From: Moniliella sp. 'wahieum'
Lineage: Eukaryota
NCBI GenBank assembly: GCA_003971905.1
Contig: RSEE01000005.1
Coordinates: forward strand, 1,178,001 to 1,242,000
DNA length: 64,000 nt
Reading direction: 5' to 3'
Below are positions 25,640 through 36,678 of this stretch, piece by piece. Every line of letters begins with the position of its first letter. Position 1 is the stretch's first letter. The position numbers were made by a program, and so were the translations under genes. The notes under the pieces were generated by a model. That model made no database searches. It was given only the letters and a program-made list of their open reading frames with translations, and was not told the DNA's origin.

Positions 25640-27349
25640 TTACTTGCGCGGGTAAACACCAGGCGCGCCGGCTGGGTGGGCAGGATGACCATCGACTGGT
25701 AGTCCGGTGGCGGCATGGCGCCCTCGAGCTTCCAGGTAAACGTACGGCAGAAGAGGGAGAGCAGCGTGCCCAGTTGGAGGTAGGCAAATTGTTCGCCAAT
25801 GCAGCGGTGGCGGCCCGCGCCAAAGGGCAAGTAGGGGCTCTTGGCACCGGTGCTGACCATGCCCCAGCCAAAGTCTTGCTGGTCCGCGCTGGAATCCAGC
25901 GCCGACAGGTTCACCACCTCCTTGTCCGACCACCGACCGGGCTCAAACGTGTCCGAGTCCTTCCACACCTTGGGGTCCGACTGGCTGTGGATTGGCGCCG
26001 CAATTACATAGTGGCCCTCGGGGATGACGTACGTGTCGTTCGCGCCCTTGGCGTTGGCAGGGTGGGCCAGCGTCGGCGGCACAGGCAGCGGAGAGACGAC
26101 CTTGCGCATCAAACTGTGGATAGGCGGGTGAAGCCGAAGCGTCCTTGATCACCACATCCATCAGCGGCAGCGAGGTCTTCGACGTCTCGTAGTCCAGCGC
26201 GTTCAGCCCGCCATGGCCATCGCCATACACCTTGATCTGCTCCTCGTACATCTTCTCTTGCCAGTCGGGCCGGGCGCGCCAGCTCGAGGAGCGCCCAGGA
26301 ACCCGTCGCAGTCGAAGTGTGTTGGCCGGCCATCAAGAGCGCAATCATCATGTGTGCCACCTCGTGGTCACGCAGCGGCGTACCGTTCTTGTAGTGCTGG
26401 TTGTTCAGCGCGTTGATCATGTCGTCTGCGTGTCGGGGTGACCCTGCGCCGCACGTTCGCGGCGAGCACGAATGATACCTGGTAGAACTCACTGAGCTTC
26501 TTGTGCGCTTGGTCGCGGCGCCGGTTGACAGGCAGCGGCAGGCCGGGAACGACAAAGTTGAGCGGGGTGAAACCAGCATCGAGGTCGTGGTACAGATCGG
26601 CAAAGGACTTGTCCAGGCTGGCCCGCACCTCGGGACCCTGCAGCGTGCGCGACGCAGTGAGGATCGTCAGCTCCCCAAACATCTTCAGCACGTCGCACGT
26701 CGCCTGGCCCGTTTTGGTGAGCGAAGCAAATTGGTCGTCCTTGGCAATAAACTGGTCAAACTCGTCGGTGATCATGCCCACGTACGAACGCAAGTTCTCG
26801 GTCGACAGGCCAAACTTGATAAACTTCTTTTGCTCCATCAGCTTGTGGTTGGGGCAGTCGTACACCACATCGTGGCCGAAAACGGGCGTGGTGGTAAGGG
26901 AGGAGTAGGCAGCCTCGGCAGACACCTGCGACAGACGGCCGTTGAGGATCATGTTGGAACCCTTGGGGCCGAGCGCGACAGTCATCTTGCGGCCAAGCAG
27001 AATAAAGGTGAACACATCGCCGTACTGGGGAGCAAAGAGTCAGCCCGAGCACACACAGCAACCAAGCGGAGCACGCGCCGAAAGGGGAGTGGGGGACATA
27101 CCTTGTCCTGGCAGTCACGGAAGAACTGACGGGGTTGAGGCCATAGTGGCAGCACTGCCAAAGATGGGGATCCAGTGGAAGACAACGGGGGGCCTGGTGC
27201 GCGTGCGCGGAGCAGGAGCTGGGAGAGCACATTGAGCACCACCGCGCACAAAAAGCCAAGCCGGCGAGCGCGGCGACCTGGCCAGCAAGCGGGAGGTCGC
27301 GCAGGGGGGTGGCGGCGATGGCCTGGTGCACGAGCGACGTGCTGGACAT
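25640..27349 (-). CDS. ERG11: Sterol 14-alpha-demethylase (cytochrome P450 CYP51)
   Basis: PPVVFHWIPIFGSA, FTFILLGRKMTVALGPKG, TPVFGHDVVYDCPNHKLMEQKKFIKFGL, MIALLMAGQHTS and heme motif PYLPFGAGRHRCIGEQFAY. Intron at ~27026-27100 plus frameshifts. Confidence 0.97.
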
Positions 27350-29474
27350 GGCGGGGAGGGGTGGTGGTGGTGGGGAGAAGCGCGGCGGGAAGACGGGGGC
27401 GGAGGCGGGCCTAATAACGGCCGCACGCGGCAGACGGCGTGGGAGGCCAGGCAGAGGGCAGGAGGCGGGTGCGCGCGGACGACTGGCGCGGTGCTGGGCT
27501 GGGGCCAGTTCCGCCTCGCGCGGTGCGGGTCGGAACCAATGTGCCGATCATGCGTCGCGCGCACGGGGGCAGTGCCCGCGCCGCCGCCGGCCGCCATGGG
27601 CTCATCGGGGCCCCGAGCAGGCCATCCGCCGCCGGCATCCGCCAGGCAGGCCACCCGCCGCCACGCCCGCCTGTCCCGTCGGCGCGTCCGCCCGCCCGCC
27701 GCTCCCATCGAGACGCCCGGCTCTCCCTCGCGATAAGCGCCCACGCCAGCACGCCTGCCGCACGCGCGCTCACGCCGCCACGCCGCCAGCACCTCCCTCC
27801 GCTCGCAGACGCGTCCCGATCCCTCCGGGTTGGCCAGCACGCAGACTGGGATGCTGAGGATGCGGAGACCAGCAGCTAGGACGAACAGCAGGTAGATTTC
27901 AGCTCTCCAATGCATCCGTGTTGCCAGGCGCAGCGGCAGTGTGCCGCTGACAAACCGCTTGCCAAGCTGCCCTCTCCCGTGGACTCTCGAGCCTGGCCCT
28001 GCTCTCAGATCTCACATCCGCACCGCAGGCCTCAATCATTAATGAGCCCAGCTCGCAGCCCCGACGCACCACTCTCCCCTCCTGCCCACACCGCCGCCCC
28101 GCCAGCCATCCACTGTCCTACCGTGGCACCTAGTACCCTCCCCTCGTCTCGGCGTACAGGCACCGAGACAGGTTGGCAGCGCGAAAATGTCGCTCACCCC
28201 CAGCCAAGCAAAACCCATCAGGCATCATTAATCAATCGCGAATCAGACCACCCGGCGTGCCCTCTTCCGAGTCCCTCTTGCAAAAAGTGACGCTTGTGAG
28301 TTTTCAGTCCTGGTCCATCTTAATCGTAATCATTCTCCACAATAGGCTGGTTTGGGCCCATGGCGCGCATGGCGCATATTATAGCAACCCGCCTCGCAGC
28401 TGTGGGCAGGCTCAGTGGTGGGAGTACAAACCCGCAGAAATGAACGAGTGTGGAGATGGATCCACAATCGGTTCATCCACCCTCTCTCGCGTCCGACCCG
28501 TCTTTCGCCTTGTGCGCATTTTCCATCGACGCTTAGGAGGGGTGCAGATGGTACGATCGTGGTTCCCCCGCTCCACAGTGATGCGGTGTATGGGCTAGTG
28601 CTAGGAATCAATCAGGCGCAACGTAATCATTAGTCACTCACGTTTCGTGAGAGCAGATGTGGTAGCCAGATATGGTAATCAGCAGTCTCTGCTTCAACAG
28701 CAAGAAACAAAATCGGTTGGTTAGCCTGGTCAGCCTGACCGGCTCAGCGTTGCTCGTCTGTGTGGGCAAACGACAATGGGGGGAGACGGTCTTTCGTGCA
28801 GTATATATATAGGCACATGCAATACTACAGCCATACTACAGCACACATACTACCGCTCTCTGCGCGCCTGTTACCCCTTTGCTCTGAAGAAAACACGAGA
28901 AGAGAGCTTTGAGGCGAAGCAGAGAGGGGGCCGTCACTAGTCACTGTCGGTATAATAGACACCTCTTCTTCGTGGCCCCGAGAGACAGCGCTAAGCAATT
29001 CCTTCCAAAAAGGAAAGGGAAAACGTTCTTGGGATGCACCTTGGATCATCATTTCGTCACCATCCCAATCGCCCATCGTCAATAATTACTCGCTGATCTC
29101 AGTCTCGCGTCGTGCGAAAGCACGACCACCGCGGTCGCCATAGTCCAGCTCGATCTCCCTTTGCAAACAGGTAACAGTGGAATAAGAGTACAAGAAGAGG
29201 GGTGTCAACCAACAAGCAGAGAGGGCGTAAGGGTGCGCCTGGCCGACCGCTCCATCCGCCGTTCCTTTGCGTCCAAAATAGCAAAAAGATGTAGAAGCTG
29301 CTGCTGCTTTCATCCGTGGGGCAGCTGATCGCCAAGCTCATATCCCAACACATGCCAGGGTGTGGACCCGCGCACTACCTATGAAAGGGGAGTGGGTTTA
29401 GCTTTTCCCGCGAGGAGTCATATACTATCCATCTCGGCGCTATGTCTGTAGGAACAAAAGGGCGAGCGGCCCAG

Positions 29475-29654
29475 TGTGGCGCCACAGTGGTGTATTAGTG
29501 GCGCTGGTAGCCCAATAGCCCAGAACCTCTGGGTTCAACGTTCATTCTCCTTGCCAACATTCCGTCCTGGAGGGAAGGAATATTCTTTAACCTCTGTACT
29601 TAGCTTCCGTGTAAGGCCATACACCATCAACTACCTAATCTCTGGTCTCTAACA
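29475..29654 (+). mobile_element. Degenerate solo LTR, same family
   Basis: TGTGGCGCCAC...CTAACA termini. Shares GGTAGCCCAA, GGGTTCAACGTTCATT and ATTCCGTCCTGGA with the 24008 copy, and ATACACCATCAACT with the 24362 copy. Confidence 0.75.
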
Positions 29655-32490
29655 CGGTGAAACGAAAAATAGAAAAGGCAGCTGTGTATAACAGAGTCGG
29701 GGCTAAGCGAGGGAGACCGAAAAGGTTCTGTCAGAGACGGGGAGAATAGAACGATCGTTCATGGGAGAAAACACAAGTGGCATAGGGAAGAGCAAAAGGG
29801 AACGGACAAGGGAATGGGGAAAGCGAGATGCACGGCCTCTGTAGAATTGGAAATTGGAGCGGGCCTTGAGTCGATTGGCCGGTGGCATGGTGACAGCTGT
29901 GCAACTCTCTTCGTACTAGTAATGTGTAAGTTTTTAGGCGAAGTGGATTTGGGATCCCAGTATATCCTCCATCGCTTTGCAGTGTTGTACGGGGGGACGT
30001 AGAAAGAACAAGAGACGAAAGAGGACCGAGTGGCCCAACTCACCCCCCTTTTTTCTTCCTATGTTGTACGCCCTGCAAACAACATTAACTGGCAGTATCA
30101 ACAACAGTACGCGGAACTGCTATATGGGGGGGGCGTGAGCTATAGCGACGGGATGTTAGCGAGCCGAAATACCCCCAGTGTTGCTGTTACTGTTGGGCCT
30201 TGGAAAGAGACGATGGGAGCGAGCACGGGCGAAGACGGGCGGGCCGACGGTGGATAACAAATGGGAGCAACGTTGGTATCGCGCCATATCAACCGGTTAC
30301 TACGATGATGCATGATGCTGGATACTTCTCTCACTACTCCGTCCATTCAGGCTTGCATTACAACGCTGCAATGCACCATGAATTTCATGATGAGTCGCAT
30401 ATGCCTCTCTTCTGAATGGTGTGTATCAATTCCAGGCTTTACCTTGCTCGTGTTTCTCATACTCGCTTGCACACAGGCATATGTCTGGACGCTGACCCTC
30501 CTTTTCGCGTTTGTTTGGACCAGTTTGCCCCAGCCCATATCATGCATGGCGGGGTGTGCGTACCTGTGGTATGTGGTGATTGTGAGATGGTGGTACGCGG
30601 TACGGTTACATGTTACATGTTGAGCGCTGAGCCTCAGCGCTGATCCCCAAAAGCTATGCATAAGTATGTATATCCAACGGCGAGACAGAAGCGCGGGTAC
30701 CGAGTACTACAGTACCGAGCATACGGCATTCACAGCGCAGTCAGCACACACGCTCATCGTTATTCCAAAGAGTGGTGCTGTCGGGCGAAAGGTGAGACGA
30801 CTGTGTGCTACGCTGCTCACTAGTAGATGTATTACGGGCGTGCCAAAAAGGTGTGGGAACCGAGGCGCGCACCATACTATAGACTACTACCTGCTCAACC
30901 ATAATACGGTCCAGTGGGAGTGACCAGAGTGATTATGTGGGTGCATTTTTGTGAGACGCGCGTGTACACAGCCATCAGGCCTCTTCGGCCCTCAGGTGCC
31001 CCAACGACACCCATCCATTTCACCACTGCGCATCCTATGCAAAAGCTTTAAAGAATGCGGCCCATGGAACTTGTGACATGTATCATCATCTGAGACCCAA
31101 GGCGAGCGCCGAGAGGCTGTGCGGGAATGATTGATGAGCTAAACGTTAAACGTTAAATTTAAACGTTAATGAGGCCTGTACTGACGGATGCCGATTAAGG
31201 AGGCCGCGGGGAGACGTGAGGCGTGAGGCCTGTGACATGTGACATGTGAGGCCTGTGCCTGAAGCTTAAGCCGGTGAGATCTGAGAGGTGAACCAGTGAG
31301 GTCGATGATCAAACAGGTCTATCAGTATACCTCATCAGTACGCAAGGGTCAACCGGTCAATATTCAATGACGCTAATGAGGACCAAGGCGTCCTAACCCA
31401 GAAAATCTCAGACCTCAGAGGCTGCCTTACTTGGTTCTGTCGTCCTTTTGCGCGGTGCACCTCTCAGATCTCACCGACGTTGGACAATGATCATCGGGTT
31501 TACACAGGTGGCTTTTGCAAGAAAGAAGGGGATGTGTTGATCATGTTGGGGTCTGGCCCTGTCTGGCCTGGTCTGGCACGCGACAAAGCTGCGCGGGTGG
31601 AGCGCGTGTGGGCGGTGACGCGGTGACAGTGACGGTCGTGCTACTACAGTGACGCGTGACGGGGCTGCGTGGGATCGGTTGCGGCTGGCAAGGGCGAGAC
31701 GCGTCGGCGAGCAGGGTGGTACCGTTGACGGGACATGGCAGTGGCGTGGCACTGGCATGGCCTGTCGGGCACAATTGGCGACGGCAAACACGCCGTGCCA
31801 GCGCGCGCTGGCGAGCTGTGCAGGCAGGTCGCGGTGCGCAACCGTCGGCGCGCCAGCATGCCTCTGCCTCTCCTGTGCGCCTGTCTGGGCGGGGGGCAGT
31901 GGGTGGCTGTGTCGTGGTAGGGTGTGGGCTGCCGGTTGCCGGGCAGCAGGTACCAGTCGGTGTCGGTGGGGGGCCCGCTTCCCTGCTGCCGTATAGCCAA
32001 TGGCCAGTTGCCAGCTCTGCGCTACGGGTGGGTGCTCGGGGTGGGTGGATGGGTGACGCAGGCTCCGTGCCTGTGCGACACCGGTGACCTGGACCCAGCC
32101 GCGTGATCTCTTGGCTGGCACGCACCACATAATAAACGCTCAACCTAACCCCGCCGCTCTCCTGCCTGTGCTCTGGCGGACGATGACCTCATCCGATCAC
32201 CGACCGCCGCCCAGGCTGCCGCCCAGGCTGCCTGTCCGGCCGGGCGGGGAGTGGTGCCGTGCGACAGTGGCGCACACCGCCGCCGTGCCTCGGCGCCTAG
32301 GCCCGCGCCGCGCCCTCCGGGCCTATGCCGGCGATCGCACTGGCGTCGTGCCGCCGTGTCTCGGGGCGCTGGGATCGCCCGCACGCCGCACACGGCCAGC
32401 CCCCCGCCGCTGACACACCGACACACCCGCTGGCCAGCCAGACGCTGCGGAGCGTTTTAGCGCCTTGTCGCGCCTGGCCCATTGGCCAGC

Positions 32491-32498
32491 ATATATAA
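32491..32498 (+). promoter_or_regulatory. Putative TATA box
   Basis: ATATATAA in a very GC-rich context, ~80 bp upstream of ATG 32577. Confidence 0.5.
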
Positions 32499-32576
32499 CC
32501 TCAATCACCCCCCCGCCCGTCTCGCCGTTCCATCCGATCCGTACTCAGTGTTACCCTTCCCTGGTTGCTGCCTGCC

Positions 32577-34150
32577 ATGCACTCCCCATACCCATCCTCC
32601 CCTCACCCCCTCCATCAGCCCCTCGCCATCGACAGCAGCCACCCGTTCCCCGCCACCCCAGCCTCCGCCCTGCGCCCGTCCCTCCCGCTCTACATCCACA
32701 ACACCACTTCCGCCTTCGCCCTCAATCCTGCACCTGCATCGGCCCCAGCCCACATCACGTCCTTTGCAGCTGCCTCCAGTGCAGTCTCTACTGCCGCCCC
32801 CCCCGTGCCTGCCAGTCTGACGGCGGCCGGCGCTCGCGACGTCGGGGGCGTCAAGACGGTCATGGTGGCCGGTGCCCGTGAGCGCAAGCGGCACAACTCC
32901 TGGACGGGTGCCTCTCTGGGTGGCAGCCCGGCCAACGTGCAAGTTTCGCGGTGCGACCAAGCTGGGTGTACCAAAGCCTACGCCGGCCCCAATGCCGTCA
33001 GCAATCTCAAGCGCCACAAAGCCAATGTCCACCACATCCCCCTCTCGGCCCAGCCCCGGCACACGCGGTGGGATCGTAATCCCAACCGCCCCAAGGATGA
33101 GCAGGAACGGCGCGAACGTATGTTGGAAGCCAAGCGCAAGTATGCTCGCAAGGCGCGTGCCCGCCAAAAGGCGCAGCAAGCTGCTTCCCGCGCTGCTGGT
33201 CCTTCGCCTGCCGGGTTGGGACCTGGGCTTGGGCCCGGGATGGCACCCCTTCACCAGCTTGGTCCAGCCCAAGCCAGTGCCAGCCTGGGCCCGCTCCTTC
33301 CCATTCACGCCCCTCGACAAATGCCTGCTTCCCACCCGGGCCTCGTCTTTTATACCCCCCAAATGGCCCAGCCGGCGCTCCCATCCGCCCATTCGTCGCA
33401 CCCACACTCGCATCCCGCTTTGCCTCGTTCCTACAGTGTTCCTACGACCAATATCCCGCTTCCTTCGGTCGGCAACGAGCCCAATCTGATGCGTCCCATG
33501 ACCGAAACGTGTTCGGCCAATTCGTTGGGCCTGTTGGGCGACCAATTTGCTTCCTTTGCTACGCTTGCCCACCCTGCCTCTTCTCTTCCTTTTAGCAGCA
33601 GTGACCTGTACCCTTTCCCGCCCCCCGCACCCAATTCCAATAACGACACTTCTTCCCCCCTCGCCTTCCCATCCGCGCAGGTTTCCCCCCCCTTCCCGCG
33701 CTGCCGCCTACCCCTGCTTTCTCTTCCAGCTGGATGCCGCCCGCCTCGGATGAAAATGCCTTCTTCCCCGTTACCTTGCCCGGCGGCGACGATTCGGAGG
33801 TGGGCATGTCCAGCACCGACACCCAGCTCACCGTTCCTTCCCTTACCGCCTCCCCACCGCTTCGGAGCAAGTGCAACGCCGACTTGGTATCGGACTGGCC
33901 CGACCTCGTGCCCAGCTTGCCGGCGCCCTCGTCGGGGGCTCAGGAGCACGACAAGCACCCCGGTGGCTCTGCAGGCCCGACCGAGGAGGAGACGGACCTG
34001 TGGACCATGGCTCCCCTGCTGCGCTCCCCCAGCAATTGGACCAGTCTGAGCCCGTGGAAGACGTTGCTGGCGCCTGCCGAGCCCGAGAACACCTCCCCTT
34101 CCCGCCCCACCAACCGCAAGCGCGGGTGGGAGCGCGTGCGGTCGTGTTGA
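32577..34150 (+). CDS. Putative transcription factor: C2H2 zinc finger plus basic (bZIP-like) region
   Basis: CDQAGCTKAYAGPNAVSNLKRHKANVH finger followed by ERRERMLEAKRKYARKARARQK, then a Pro/Ser-rich and acidic tail. Frameshift near 33690 into the 33734-34150 frame. Confidence 0.7.
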
Positions 34151-36678
34151 TGCCGCCCCCGTGCGTCCAGCGGGCGCGGGCGCCTGACCGTGGACCGTGG
34201 CACGTTCAGTTGAACAGTGTTCGTTCTGCAGCGGGCTGGAAGGCTCCTGCCTATCGCAGTAATCGTGCCTTTCTCCAGCGCCGCTTCGCCATGGGATGAT
34301 GGCGTTACGTTTTGTCTCTCGTTTTATTTTGTCTTGTTATTCTCGTGTGCCCGGCAGCGTGCAGTGGAGGAGGCGGTCTGGTGCCGTGCTGGACTCACAT
34401 GCTCACATGTTCACATGCTCATGGTTGGCGCTGTGCTCTAGATATCCATGTTCTGTTCCTCTCTTTTATGCTGTCCCCAGAACTAAAGACATGCCAATCT
34501 GATTCCCCTGTGCCCATTCCCTTGATGCTGGTTGACTAGGACTACTTAGTACCTAGTGACTCTGCTTTTTCTTGCTAGTACAGACAATTCGGTTCTTCCT
34601 TGCGGCCAACGGAGTATGGTGCATTGCTCCAAGCACTATATAATAATGGAACATGTCAGTGTAGCGTGCGTTGTAGACAGTACCGTTTGGGCGCTAGCTG
34701 TTACGCGTTCCAGGGCGCTGCGGTTATCTCCCGATGCTGAGCCCCGCATGTCGTAGACATCTCAACCCAACACGCGTCAGTCCTGTTAGACTAGCGAGAG
34801 AGAGCGAGACATCTTGTCCATGCTGCGGATATCATCCGCGGCCCGCCATGGTAGCTTGGGCTCATCGGTACGATGCTTTGTGCCCATTGCTTCCAGTCTT
34901 GGCAGAACTCTTCCTGCTGCGCCCAACTATGCAGCGTCAGCACCTCTGAGAGCATGGGCTGTGCATTAGTCTTTACCTCTCTGGAAAGTGTCCCGTATTC
35001 TGTCTATAATACCTGTCGTGGGGCACTTGAGGCCTCGTTCCTTCTGTTGTATATAAGCAGCCATGTTTAAGGTTTGCTAGTTGTGGTCCTTGTCGACCAT
35101 CCTGTCTTTGGTCTCCCCAACTACCCGTTCCTCTCTCGCCCTTCCACCTTCTACCACCCTTACGCTTACGAATTTACGACTTGCGTCGAGTACGCTGCAA
35201 ACCGCGGTTACTCTCATCAGTAGCACTTGCTCTTCTTTAGGACGCTGTCTGTTCCCGCCTACTACAGCGTACCGAGTGTGGTAACTACGCTGCGAGCAAC
35301 AGAGTAACTTCGGAGCTCCTGGACCCCTTCAGCTGGTCTAAGATCTCACGACCTAGGTATGCAGCTCCTACATCGGAGGGTCTGAGCTGCGGCCTTTGCA
35401 CGCAGGCAGCCACCCAAACTAGAGGGCTCTCCCTCGCCTCTACACTCGCTCGGTTCAACCAGGAGCTGGAGCAGGACCTAACGTACGAGCCACCGATTCA
35501 TCTGTGCAAAGGTTTATACCCCTAAACTACAGGGGGGGGTCAGGCCTCAGGTGGGACCCCCCCATGACAGTGGAAGGGCATGACTATGATGGGAGCAGGA
35601 GGGAGAACCGCACCTCTGGATCTTTTGGTTTGTTCGACGTGTCGTGTCGCATTCTATCGTGTGATCTGACAAAGAAGCGACAGCCGATGCTAGAGAAACG
35701 GAAAGGAATGTGTGTTGTTGAACGTTGACGCGTTGACGGGCTCCCATATACGTCTGCTTTCTTATGATCGTCTGCATTAACCGGATTAAGCGGGGCCCAA
35801 AAACACGTGTGCTCGGTGGGGCCAATCACTTGATTAGAACGTGACGAGAGTGACTGATGTGCCAGTGTCAGGCCTCAGCTTCGCGGCCTGAGGGCCTGAG
35901 GATCGACAAAACTGTGTTGGGTTGCATCGTAGAGATGCGCGGGAGATTGAAACATGGATGGTAGTAGAGTAGGATGGATATTGAATGTTCAACGTCCAAC
36001 CAACCAACACGAGTCACGCGTCACGCGTCAACCACCGGCATCACTTGTCACGCGTGGTGCCTCCTGCCGGGCACGGTGCCAGCCGCGGCCGGGCGAGCGC
36101 GAACCGGCTTCGGACGCGAAGCGACAGCCGTGCGCCCTCTTGCGCCCTGCGCGTGCCCGGCCCTGCCGCCGCGTGCCGGCCTGCCGCGTGTCGGCGCATG
36201 CGAGGGCCACGCCCAGGCAGCACCTGCCCAGTCTGTATCAGGGGTGTGCGTTGGCGGGTGCTGGTGTGCCTCCGTGGGCCGAGAGACACTTGCGCCATGC
36301 CGTCTGCTGGCACGGCGGCAGCCCGCTGGGGCACATTGCCCCCCCCGGCAGAGGGCCAGTAGGGGGCCAGCAGCCTCCGGCGGGGATCGACGGGGTTGCC
36401 ACGACGCCCCGATGTTGGGTGCTGCATGCGGGCAGACGCGGTGGGGCGACAGGCACAGAGCCGCTCTGGGCGGCACGGCATGCCCCCGTGCATTGCAGCC
36501 GCTTTCCCAGAGCGCTTACTAGTGCGCAGGTGCCAGCCCACGCTCGCACCACGCCACACCAGGCACACGCGGCATGCGGCATGCGTGCCACCCGCACCAG
36601 TAGGCATCCTGCTCAAATACGCCGCCCTGCCCCACCCCTGCCGCGCGTCCCTTCCTGCCTCGCCCCACCACCCCCGCC

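Noticed and set aside
25640..27349. CYP51 as a pseudogene or azole-resistance allele
   Set aside because: Frameshifts match the window-wide indel noise, and the Tyr in VVYDCPN and the heme motif are canonical. The extra Thr in LTTTPVFG cannot be trusted.
24362..29654. Full LTR retrotransposon that captured CYP51
   Set aside because: No PBS, PPT or gag/pol. CYP51 retains an intron, the repeats are diverged, and the putative CACGG TSD needs an indel to fit.
34750..35480. LTR-like stretch with TATA (TATATAAG near 35050)
   Set aside because: No second copy in the window, and I found no TG...CA boundaries with a TSD.
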